Shown in pieces: positions 28,275 to 39,971 of a DNA stretch of 64,000 bases (position 1 is its first letter; each line of letters begins with the position of its first letter). The translations under genes were made by a program, and so were the position numbers. This DNA comes from Tubiluchus corallicola (Eukaryota > Animalia > Priapulida). The stretch spans positions 248,001 to 312,000 of the forward strand of contig JAQGDQ010000194.1 in the NCBI GenBank assembly GCA_030141605.1, read 5' to 3'. Under the pieces are notes generated by a model, which was not told the origin of the DNA, did not search any database, and was given only the letters and a program-made list of their open reading frames with translations.

Positions 28275-28787
28275 TCAATTGTAGTGCATACAATGATTTG
28301 TATTCTCATACCAACTCCAGTTTCTAAATGTACTTGCCCTAACATTTCAATGGCATCCAAAATCAATTGCAGTGCATACAATTATTTGTATTCTCATACC
28401 AACTCCAGTTTCTAAATGTACTTGCCCTAACATATCAGTGCCATCCAAAATTCATTCTATATCTATATCTGAAATATATAGGTTGTCCATCTACCTCTCC
28501 TGGATCACGATATTTACATTTCCTCTCCAGGGTGTAATTTCTCCCAAATTTTCCACCACTATACCATCATAATCCATTTGTACAGAACTTCCTGTCAGAT
28601 GAAAATATAAACTTGGTCTGCTCTTCACTGCTTTCCACCTCTCCAGGATGTAATTTCTCGCAAATTTCCCACTGTCGTACTCTGCACTTTGTTTTCAATG
28701 ATTCTGTGTATTACATCATGTAATTTTTTTCTGATTTGACAATGTTAGCTTTCTCATTGTAATCATGGTCAGTGAAAAAACATTATT

Positions 28788-29232
28788 TATAGATACAAAA
28801 CAATATCAGCCATCTTCTCGCTAGTTGTGGCATAATTTATCAAGTCCACCATGTGTGTGCCACTCACTGCTCGTCCCAAGCGCACGAAACGATCCATTTC
28901 GTCCCAACGTGTTCGATGGGATTTCAAAAAGGAGAGCATTTTTGACCCCTGTTCTTGTACTTGGTGGGTAATGCCTCGATTATGTGAGTGTCTTTCAGTC
29001 AGGTTCTGGTAGCACCGCCATCATCCGTGGAGGTGGGGTTTTTCAAATCTTTGATCACCCGAATCATTTCACTTCTCATCTTATTTTCCACGATGGGTGG
29101 TAAATATTTATCGGGTGGTAAACCTCGAGAGGACAATTCCGTCGTTTTCTGTTGAATTTCCACAGTTTTCTGCTCGGCAGGCGTGTCTAGAATAACGCGC
29201 GCATGTTTTAGTAAAACCATCTGAGAACACAT
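28788..29232 (-). pseudogene. Polinton conserved ORF (PW-like), frameshifted
   Basis: Starts QMVLL; continues over frameshifts as IIEALPTKYKNRG..KMLSFLK..RWDEMDRFVRLGRAVSGTHMVDLINYA, resembling the W..G...G..I.GSNIVDLI motif of the ORF that follows the ATPase cassette in animal Polintons. Confidence 0.62.
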
Positions 29233-29235
29233 TTT

Positions 29236-29611
29236 CTATTTCTTTCTTTTTTTATCGCGGAGTGTCTTCACCATCCGAGCCATGCTGGTGGCAGCCGAAG
29301 TGGCACTAAATATGCCTGCCAAGAGTGGTATGATTGGAAATATTCAAAGAGTGGAAGGCCACACGTCTCCTGGCCTTCAGTGTGGAACCGGCACGTGCCA
29401 ATTTTCTCAGCACATTGTGCTGACCCCTCAGTACCTTTATCAGTTTGGGTTTCAACTTTACATTAGCACGTAGTATGTTAAGAGCGCATTCTGCTAAAAA
29501 ATTAACCGCATCAGTATCGGCCCACTTTAAGATCTCCCTCCGATCTCAAGGTTTGGCACAGGCCAGTTGCTTGAGAAAAGGCTTGTGATGTCTAATATGA
29601 GCTTGAGTCAT
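29236..29611 (-). pseudogene. Polinton small basic virion-protein-like ORF with hydrophobic C-terminus
   Basis: FLKQLACAKP*DRREILKWADTDAVNFLAECALNILRANVKL...VLRKLA then (frameshift) IFPIIPLLAGIFSA...KKRKK*; the ECALNIL motif is typical of the ORF directly after the Polinton ATPase. Confidence 0.7.
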
Positions 29612-29659
29612 TTTTACCACTGCTATTGGTTCGATGACTCGTGCAGCAAGTGCCATTTT

Positions 29660-30254
29660 GCTTATCTCATTTTGGGGTTGAAAAACCAATTGTGGTGCTT
29701 CGTGTTGAAATATGTTACTTCTCATGCGAATGCCATCATCGGTTTCCTGATGCAAATCGAATAGCGCGTAAGAAAAGGGTGCTGCCATGGTGCACTCGAA
29801 AGCGTCTACAAAAGATTTCGATTTACCTGGATACATTTGTCTACCCAACACTTCCACCTGCATCTTGTCGTGCAGATTTTTGAATAACACCAAGTAGCGA
29901 GTGTTTAGACTGCGCATTCTCGATTGTTTGCTCTGTTCAAAAAATTTTGCATGATGGAAACCACGAAACATGGTTTGTGGTGTACTAGCTTTATGAACAT
30001 ATCGGTCAGCCGCTTGGAAGAGGCTAATTCCGTCATCATGTCGTCCACCACCACCAGATCTCCTGTGTGTATTGCAACAATTATGCCCTCGCTGTACCAC
30101 ACTTCTCGCAATTCTTCATGAGATGAGGGTGGTGGGGGAGGTGTTTGCACAATAGAGGACTAAATTTTTTACAAGTGTTTTTTTGAGCACGACCGGGTCT
30201 GGCCACCAACATGGTGCTACCAAATTTCAATTTCACATCGTAAGTTTGCTCCAT
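29660..30254 (-). pseudogene. A32/FtsK-like DNA packaging ATPase, frameshifted
   Basis: Degenerate Walker A after STMLVA, Walker B DLVVVDDMM, IMQN, SLNTRYLVLFKN, LGRQMYPG, PFSYALFDLH, RMRSNIF, spread over three frames. Confidence 0.88.
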
Positions 30255-30406
30255 TGTAATTAACGAATAAATTAATCGGCATTCCTTTATATGTTTATCA
30301 AAAAAAAATACCACGCGGCTTACAGTAGTTGGACGTGTTCAAACGTGTTTTTATCTCACAATAGGCATTGTGTCGTATTTGAGTAATCCTTTGATTACGG
30401 CACGCC

Positions 30407-32051
30407 ATGGCGCTTTGGCGGGAAAACGATCAGATAGACAGACGCCAAGGCATCATCACATGTGCTATTGTTGGCGGCATTCTCCCATTGGTTGGCGTTA
30501 ACCGGGAGAGAGCACGTACATATTGGGGTGTTTTGGGAGAGAGTTGCCACATCTGCTTTGGATGGCGAGAGGATAGCACACAACCACATCTCTCTCGTCA
30601 CTGATGAAAACATTTCCGCAATGACGATGGAAAATGATACCATGGTGTTTCCTCTGACACAAGATTTGTCGACATCTCTTTCATCTTTAGATGAGCAGTA
30701 TCAGGTGAGTAAATCTTTATTATTTTTTCTGCTATTTTGAATAGTCGAACACTGTTTTCCTTTTTTTATTTGGTGGCAGGGGGCAGGAGCGGCAAGTACA
30801 ATGCCGATAGCGAAACATTCACTAGAGGAAAGTATGTGTCTTTGACCGTGATGGAATACTATCGGCCTCAAACGAGGAAAACACTTAAACAGATCTAGAA
30901 ATAAAACTGTCCGGCAAAACGAGTTTCCTGCTAGAAGACCCCGTGCCGCTCTTCATCTTTCCCGAACAGGCTTTGAGTCGGGAGGCCATGTTCACACTAT
31001 TGGAACCGGAAATGGTTGCCAAGATGACTGCAGCTTTAAAAATTTCACACTACTGGACGAAGGAGAAGGCAAAGTACCATCGTCATTCGGTGCCATATTT
31101 CTGTCCGGGCACACCTACATATTGATCAGTCAATGGGCATCTCACCCCAGCATAGCCATCAGACGAACAGTCGAAAGAGTGAAGAGGAAAGATGGAGACC
31201 ACAGTGCTACCACACACATTCCAACCAAACCCAGCATCAACCTCCATCTGGAGGAATACAAAAAACTGCAGGGGGAGATAGACGAAATAGTCAACGATGA
31301 GGGTTACTAAGAATGTCAGTTGTCACCGCGGCGTAGAATTGCAGTTTGGCAAGGTTTCCTCTGCATCGAGGAAGTGTCGATTATAGATGGAAAATTGATA
31401 AATGGACAGTATGCCATCATCGGTAGAAGGGGCCGCAGAATGTTGAGAGGAGCGGAGACTCGTACAGGAGAAACTGGGCAAACTGGATAGCTAGAAGTCT
31501 GCAAGCACCACAACCGCTGCTGCTGTCAACCCCACCACCACCATTGTCGACACCGCCACCAACACCAGCCCTCTGAGTAAAACCAGGCGTGGGGGAGGGA
31601 AACAATTAAACATCTTTCAGGAGAAAGATGAAGAAGAGCTTGTAGTTTCGCTGACGCCCCCTCCATCGCCCCCGCGCCTCCTGCCCCCAAAAAACCTAGA
31701 AAAATTCTGAAAGAAAGGCACATCATGTAACACGTGATGATGATGCCGATCAATAATCCTAAAACTATTGATCTTCTTCTCTTGCAGGATTTCAAACAAC
31801 CACTGGAGGATTTCAAGCAACCTCTAATCACTGTAACTCGCAAGCAACAACATCCACAGCTGAGGCAAGCGTGCAATCCTCGTAAGACTGGTAGCAGCAG
31901 GGTCATAAAAAAATACACCTTCGAAAAAAACAAGTTTCTGGAATTTGTCAACAATCACAAGCAAATCGTCAACGAGGGTAAACTGGTTCCCGATTGCGTA
32001 GAAGGGGTCGGCTGCAGTGGCGCCAGCACCATCAACGGCACAGATGTCTAA
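30407..32051 (+). pseudogene. Element-borne hypothetical genes (fragmented, one probable intron)
   Basis: Run of GC-rich ORF fragments divergent from the ATPase; CAG|GTGAGT donor at 30705, pyrimidine tract and AG at 30779; no recognised domain. Confidence 0.4.
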
Positions 32052-32400
32052 ATCGAGCATAGTTGCCTTCCAGTGTGGAAAACAAGAATACCAGGTCAAA
32101 AATTTGGTAATTTGCGAAATAGAGACCGGTACATATCACAACTACATACACTTCAAACCGCCCCACCCATGGAATCGGAGGAAATGCTCGAGTATGCAGC
32201 ATTGAACAGCATCCTACATCAGACCACCAGAGACAGGATCACCTACGTCAAGGGCGCAGAGATGTACAATTTAATCAAAAAACATTTTCCCAAAAATCAC
32301 ATAGTCATACGCGTAGAGGATCTGGAGAGTGATCATCTGGCACCCGCCATACGTTGGCAGAGCAATGGACGAGGCAGAGTGATTCGGGTGTCCGAATTGA
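32044..32400 (+). pseudogene. Putative DEDD/RNase H-fold nuclease-like ORF seen in invertebrate Polinton-type elements
   Basis: IVAFQC...YQVKNLVI....HFKPPHPW, then after a frameshift EYAALNSIL....TYVKGAEM...VIRVEDL; recalled family pattern IVD.QGF..VKELA..FKPP..W / IYVKG.EK; first acidic residues not conserved. Confidence 0.5.
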
Positions 32401-32419
32401 TTGCCAACCACGTTCTAGC

Positions 32420-32991
32420 ATGCCAATCCGGACGGTCAAAATCGTCGCCTCGACTTCGTTCTCGCAGCACTTCGATCTGAAGTAACTCCACCGGAGAGTG
32501 GGCGGAAGGCGCTACGAATGGAAACTGCAAATGCTTCTGCTAAAACGGCTGGGTGGCACACTGATGATTTTTGCCTTCGGCTCCGTGGTGACTAATGGTT
32601 TTCCCAGGAAAAAGAACTACGGAATGCGGTCGAAGAACTCTAGAAACGACTCAGACTGACACCCGCCACGAAGATTGCAGTTCGCACCATCACCGCCAGA
32701 GCTAAAATTCCCAGCAGATTGGATCTAGGTGCGCTGTACGAAAAACTTGTTCGTCCGCCACAATCGTTCACACATTCTTTTAGAGAAGTGTTTTACGAAG
32801 TGGAACTTTTTCCCAAACTAACTTGTGAATGCAAACAAATTACACTAAATATTTTTCACACTGGAAGCATGCTGATGGGTGGGACAAGCGTGAAAGATTT
32901 CTCTCGCATTTTTCTCAAATTTGTGTTTAACAGAAATAACGTTTGCTTGTATTATATGCATGATGATAATAATTTATGTACTTCACTATAG
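32420..32991 (+). pseudogene. TATA-binding protein (TBP)-like gene, both core repeats; two stops and one frameshift
   Basis: Repeat 1 VKIVASTSFSQHFDLK*LH...Y...MLLLKR..GTLMIFAFGSVVTNG versus TBP QNIVSTVNLGCKLDLK...TALIFSSGKMVCTG; repeat 2 VRTITARAKIPSRLDLGAL...FYEVELFPKLTC..KQITLNIFHTGSMLMGG versus SYEPELFPGLIY...VLLIFVSGKVVLTG. Confidence 0.85.
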
Positions 32992-33672
32992 TGACATCAT
33001 TAATCTAGCTTTAGTAACTTACGTAATTTATGTTGACAAAATGTATGTAGTTTGTAAAAAAAATTAGAAATTTTTGTAAGCTATCAATAAAAATAGCGAC
33101 ATCATTAATCTAGTTTTAGTAATTCATGTCAACACAATGTATATATTTTGCAAAAAATGTAAAAATTTTGTAATCTATCAAAAAAAATTGTGAATATGCA
33201 TTTATCAGGCTTTGTCGTTTGGACGAAATAAACCCAGGCAATTATTAAGTCGTCATTACAAAATAAATAAATAAACCCAGACAAAATTAAATCGTCGTTT
33301 ATCGACAAGCAAGGACTCATCGTTGCAACTTAAACCCAGACAATAATTAAATCGTCATTTATTAACAAATGAGGGTTTGACGACACGAGAAGAGAAGTGG
33401 TCGTGGAGAATTCACTGGTGCTGCCAGTGCCACCTCCGTAGAGACCCTGAAAAAAGATCTCCCTCATTGAGAAAGTAGGACGATTTCATTATCCTCGTCG
33501 CGGAGGGGCGGGGTGGGACAACTAGGGTTACCCAACCCCTGAGCAGGCGCCTAACCCCGGGGCAGGGTCCCTAGTTCATCCCAACCTCTCCAGCAGAATC
33601 GCTGGGTGGGTCCACTGTTCATCCTCTAATTACCAAAAAACAAAAGAAAACTAAGCCAATACAAAAAATATA

Positions 33673-33756
33673 GACCAATGCATTTCACAGCGCGGAGGAC
33701 ATAATTGGGCAATTAAAGGTAATTAAATCACCTGAAGATGGAACATACACACTACT
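33673..33756 (-). repeat. Right terminal inverted repeat of the Polinton-like element
   Basis: Reverse complement of 22721-22804, followed by TSD AGCTAC. Confidence 0.95.
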
Positions 33757-35315
33757 AGCTACAATTAAAACCAATCACACACAACATCATAGTAACTTTT
33801 TATGTGATTCATTCAGGACTAATAGTAGTCCATTTATACTTGCAATCCCACTTTAGTGAGATCACAGCACTTTCACCAAAGAAGTCATAATTCAATAACG
33901 AATTTAAACTTTGTGATTATTCAGCTTGATTTCAAATTAAGGCAAGTATAACAAACTTGCAGAATTGTTCTATCAAGTGGCATATTTTATGCAATTTTAC
34001 ACTTTAAGGCTACACAACTAAAATAGGAAATGCAGTACAAAATTTGATCACTCTGTATGACAGAAGAATCACTTGGCACAACTGACACTACAAATAACTT
34101 TTGTTTACTTTTGCTTCACTCGTATTTGATCAAAATAAGCTTCCTTCTTACATATAGTTATCATTCTCCTAGATATGAACGTTAAACAAACATATTGCTT
34201 TACAAACAGACAAATACATTTAGTTTGCTGCACTAGTCCTTACAGTGTACAGGGTGAGCAAAAATTCTTTTGCTCATTAAGGAAAATTAAATACTTGATA
34301 CTGAGAAACTTGAAAGTTGCAACATTGTGAATACGAATTCCTAGATTTTCTTTCACAAGTATCGGACAGATAATACCCTATAGGCAGCACTGTGATCAGC
34401 AGTAGCAAAAAGCTGGTATCAACAGTATCAGCATCGGCAGTCTAATACATAACAAACAATGTTATTGTACCCTTTTTGAATGCAACTACTCCACACTGAT
34501 GGATCTAACTGATATGGACCAGCATCACGGCCACTGCAGTCACCAATATTATCTTGATTTTTTTAATGGGAGTGTACAAATGACAGCATATTATTCACCA
34601 GTTCCTAACTTCACACTAAGTTCTTAATTATAAAAGCAAGGATAATAAAGACACTATATAGTACCCGAAGAAATGCTGCAGCAAGCATGGCAGAAGAAAA
34701 AGTAACATTTAGATATGTTACAGAAAACAAATGAGGCACTATGGCAAAAAAACTAAAGCTGCATTCTATGAAACAAATCTTTGTTTGTAGCTAACTGTAT
34801 TGTGTAACACATTTTTATAATCAGGAAAGGGCTATACATTGACATGGACATCACACTTGTTAAAGAATTGGTTTTCTTAAACACTGTTGCCATTTAAAAA
34901 TGCATGATGTAACTTCTTGTAAAATTTCTTGAAGCAATATTGTTGATAAAAGCAGCTCTTATGAATTTCATACCAATTATTTGCTTAAATAAGTTTGATA
35001 TGTTTTATTTATGCAACTTCTATGCAAGCTGCTTTTAAACCATATTAACCTATTCAAAATCTTCCTTTTAGACAGTGAGCCTTCATTTAATGTTTTTTGA
35101 CATGAACCACCTCACTGACTGATGAACAACTTACACGTTTCATTGCCTGAGTGTAATAATGAATAACAACAAATTTTCAACACCAATTGCAGTCTACAGG
35201 TACATTTTGTAGATACAGGACAGTCTACACTTCAACATTTTGTACATACTTTAACAGCAAGTGTTATAAAAATAAACCTTGAATTTATCTTCATAAAGTG
35301 ATACAAAATTCGAAC

Positions 35316-35528
35316 CTTGCGTATCACAGTTTTGTGCATTACGTGTTCCCGGAATAACATAACCTTGTGCAGTGACACACCATGAGTAACCATAATGAGC
35401 ATGATTTTGCTTTGACTTGTATCCACCAGAAGGTAAACATTGGGTTCGATGAATTACAGACATCGTTTTTCCTAAAGAATCTAGCGTTTGCCGTTTAAGA
35501 TCTTCATTGTATTGTTGAACCTGGCAAG
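35316..35528 (-). CDS. Exon 8: thyroglobulin type-1 domain (4-Cys form)
   Basis: atttcAG / GTTCGA, 213 nt, phase 1-1; CQ...HRTQCLPSGGYKSKQNHAHYGYSWCVTAQGYVIPGTRNAQNC. Confidence 0.9.
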
Positions 35529-35703
35529 CTGAAATGACATTTTCATTTATTATTGACAATATTTAGTTTTTTTTAGCAAAAATCGCCATTGTTTCTCACT
35601 ATCACAATCCCAATATATTCTTGAAAGTCGTTGTCCAACCACTACAGCTGCTGTATGACTTGGATAGATCAGCTGTGAGCTGCTACTCAATGTTGCTAGA
35701 CTA

Positions 35704-36873
35704 CAGTGATATGATACCTCGATATACGAAATTAATTCGTTCCGAAGGAGCTAAGAATCTTAGCTCGTATCTTAGAATTTTCGTATTATATTACAAGATT
35801 TACCTTGTAAATGGCATGATTCCTTTAAGCCAGCCCGTAAACAGTCGTATCAAATGTAAATATTGTACCCACCCGAAAGAAATACGTTCATTAATGACTG
35901 ATGGTCGAATGGTTTCGCTCATACTCCCTTGCGATAGCACTTAAATGCATGCCGCTTTCATATTCAGGGCTCGTACTCTACTTTTTAAAAATATAGGACA
36001 TTATTCTAAAAAATATACTACATTTGTTGAAAAAAATATAGGAATTATAGGAAATTTTTCGTTAAAAACGAAAGTTTCTAACCTTACACTACAGTGATTT
36101 TCACAATTTCTTTGCAAAAGAAAATGATTTTTCCTACCTGTAACAGGAGAGCATTCGTTCGTTGAAGTTGGTATTGTCATTGAGCGGCTAATACTCTTCT
36201 GGGTATGCTCTTTCGCCACCTGGAATTGTTCAAAATTATATTTTACAAAAACAACATGAGCAGGAAGAACCATTACGGAAATGATATACAATGTCTAGCA
36301 CAATGAACTAACATTGGTTAAAAAACATGATAATATATGTAATATCTAGAAATTGAAGAACATGAATGAGCACCTATGAAAGATTCGTCAAAGAACAAAA
36401 TTTAGCACGATTATTGCAGAATATCACTACATGGAGTGAATTACACAAAACACCATGTGATATAAGTCCACAGAATGCATACAGTTATCATTGGGCCACC
36501 TTATTAGGTGTTGGTTGATCCTAAAAAACTATCCATTTCATGTGACAATAATCAGCCATAAAAACTTTGTACTAACCGTTCAGGGATTTTCGAATCTTGC
36601 ATTCACACGTCTTTAGAGCATACACCAGAACCATCAACCACGCAATGAAAATACCAACTCTGCAAAAACATACACACTTCGCGACAGACAACTGTTATTT
36701 ACATTCACTAAAATTCACAAATCGTGAAGATATGTACTTATGATATCTAATTGTGGTTATGCGCGCCGAAGAATACCGATAACATTCTCATTTCATTGAG
36801 AATTCATGATTTTATAAGAATTACAGGACACTTTTACAGTTTTATCAAGTTTTTGTAAGTCGAGGTTCCACTG
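35704..36873. mobile_element. Tigger/pogo-derived non-autonomous DNA transposon
   Basis: TA|CAGTG...CCTCGA left end and TCGAGGTTCCACTG|TA right end; TA duplication. Confidence 0.65.
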
Positions 36874-39800
36874 TACTTTGGGGAAGATATTTTACCATGG
36901 GCAGTCTTCTTACAACTGCAGCTGACATTAACATACTATTTTTTTTTAAAATTGACATTCTAGAGCACTTTCAAAACGATATCCTTTTTAACATACAAAA
37001 AACCAAATTCAGCCAGCACCTAATACACTGTGTCACTATCCCATGATTATAGTAATACAAAAATTAAATCGAATTATCCGAAACTAATGAATCTTGCATC
37101 TATGTCTGTAAGATCGCTGAATACAGCCCAAGATTAAATACAGCTGTTTTTTTGTCACAGAGAATGGGACAATAATGAAATGCAACAGCATTTTATTGGC
37201 TTCTCTCCCTACAAAAAATTTTGACTGCATTTTTTTAAAGTGAAGAATACGAAAAAGTTATAATTTTTCACGGTTTAAAATATAAGGTCAAGTCTTTACA
37301 ATTTCTTTGTAGCTGCCACCCAGTATTCTTAATCTATTACCAGGACTTAGTTTTTTTGGATCAAAAACACTTAAAAAAATTAAATGAGATCGTGCTATGC
37401 CTAAAACCTCAAAGTCAAAACTTAGGAACTTTCTGCCAAGGCCCATTGCCTGAAATAAAATGTATTTATAACATTTCGTGCATAGCATACATTTGCCCTC
37501 CATCTGAAAACTAATTTACAGTAAAACTTAACCTCTCATACCCGGCAATTTGCTGCAGAAAACCGACAAACAGGAAGAAATTTTATACCAACAAAAGTGA
37601 CAGAGTTTTTTCATGCTTGTTTGAGACATTCTGCACCTACACGATAGGCCTACCGTAGATAAAGAAAGCAAATGCACTTTTGAGTTACAAAATGATGCTA
37701 ATAAATTTTTTGAGATCAGCAATAATGCTCACATTTTACAAAGTGTTACATAGTGTGGCATCATTTTAGTGAATCTTAGAGTGACTCCACAAAGTAGCTT
37801 ATAGCTGACCTACTCTATAACCATACACAGGTGATGTACACGAAGTTTTACGAGGGAATGTATTTTACTTTTACAAGATGATTTATAATGCTTTGCAACA
37901 ATCATAACAAAAAATAAAAAAGCTAATTTAAAACAAAAACTCAACTTACACAATTTGACAGCTGCATAATCAAACTAATAACATAAAAAGAAATATTTTG
38001 TCATATTTTAAACGATACTTTGAAGGAATATAATAAGATAAGAAGCAATACTTTAAAAATTGGCAATACTTGCTATTGTCGTGGTACATATAACAAAACA
38101 AACTAGTGACAAGAAGGACAGTAAAATGAAGAACACATATAATCAATAAAAGATCTTCTGCCTTGATAATTAACCTAAAACTGTTAACTGCAGCAGCATC
38201 TGATATCAATCCTAATGTACAAAAATAAAGACAAAATTCAAATTTGTACAAAAAATGAAAGTTTCACGATAGTAAATTATTAATAAAATTAATACTTCCA
38301 ATTTCAGCAAGAATAGAAACTAAACATGAAGCTAAATTCTGTTCACTAAGTTTTTTTAATTAACAAAGACATTAGCTCTAAGCTAAGCTAAAAACTACTC
38401 TAAGCACTTATTCATTAAATAAAACCAAAGGACCTCTCATAATAATCCGTATCTACTGTTACAATACCATGCGCAGTAAGGGGTAGTCAAGCATACAAAA
38501 ATGCATCGTCTAGTACATTTAACCTTTGACCTATTCACGATTATCATCAATCGCTAGAGCTGTGAAAAGGCATTTGGAAGCCACAGGCAAAAGTGTGTGG
38601 TATGCAAAAAACTTATAAGCATGTAGTAATACAGGCAAAAGGACCCAGTAAGAATCTGCAATATGACATCACCGAGTGAGCTGTTTTTAAAGCTATTATA
38701 CTCGTTAAATGAATGACAAAAGCTCATTCTTTTTTGTAATTATCACTGTTGTATGTACTAAACCTTGTTCTCTATAATGTTTATGCTGTACAATGTTCTA
38801 TTAGGTGGTTGTAATGATGTTGTTTATTAAAAGATAGACATTTCAGTACCTATTCATATATATCTCAAAAATTTTGGCTAGTATGGTGAGGAGTAAATCT
38901 ATGCCACGTTTTTTCTGGTCCTGTATTTTTGGGATACACACAAATATATTAGTTGGTGTTTTAGTAAATAAATGTTACCATACACCACATGTAATAGAGA
39001 AGTAAATAAATCACAAAAAAGAACATTAGAAATAAATTTTTGTTGATATTTGGAGCTCACACGGCGAACTTCATTGTTTACAAGCAGTGTATACAAGCAA
39101 TTGCCATGGTGAGTCAGAAGCATCGTAAGTCACATGATGCAAGTAGCCAAAGCTGCACCTTTAGTTAAACAACCAAGATGCAAAAAAATTGCGCCAATCT
39201 AAAGGCAAACACGTCTGTGATTCAGTGTTGCAAGGCAATTAAAACCTTGGGTGAATTCTACAACAAATCTGCAAATGTGACTAGTTTATATAAATTAGAC
39301 TGAAAATTTGCTATAACTTTTCCATCTAGGCATTTTGAACTTCACATATAACTGGTGTTTCATGTCCTTTATTAAGACATTGATTTTATTTGTGATTGTA
39401 TGTACCTGTCGGGAAAGAGCGGTTCTCACCATGCAGAGAACTCGATATATGTGAATATAGACAAAATCATCTACAAGTCTGCATAATTAATGTTGCGCTA
39501 CAAAGAATGAAGTAGAATACATCAAAAAGCTAATATCACACTTTTGTTTCTCATAAAACACAAAAACTAATCAGACTCAACTACCATATTCAAGCATTAA
39601 ATCACACAAAAGCAATGGAAAATTGTAACAGCAATTTTCTTAATATTATATTTGTAATTAAGCGCACACACTTTAGCATGGATCATCTCAGCTGAGAAAT
39701 AACATAGTGCAGGCAGCTTGGTAGTAAAATAATCCTTGTGAGATGGAAATTCGAGGCATGTTAATAGCTAATTTTGGAAGAATAAGGATTCTCCAAAAAA

Positions 39801-39971
39801 ATCTGTACTTGAGACATATTAAAAACTACATTCCATTCCATTCTGCATCCCATTCCACAAAATCCATAATTGTCTGATTTTTTATATATGTATGGAACAG
39901 ACAATTTTGTTGACAACAACAACAAATTAACAAAAAAATAAACGATCATGTGTGATATATGTTTGGCAAAA

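Larger units (their letters stand above)
22721..33756. mobile_element. Polinton/Maverick (adintovirus-like) element, 11,036 bp, non-autonomous and decayed
   Basis: TIRs 22721-22804 and 33673-33756 starting AGTAG; 6-bp TSD AGCTAC at 22715-22720 and 33757-33762; internal A32/FtsK-like ATPase cassette; higher GC than flanks. Confidence 0.92.
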
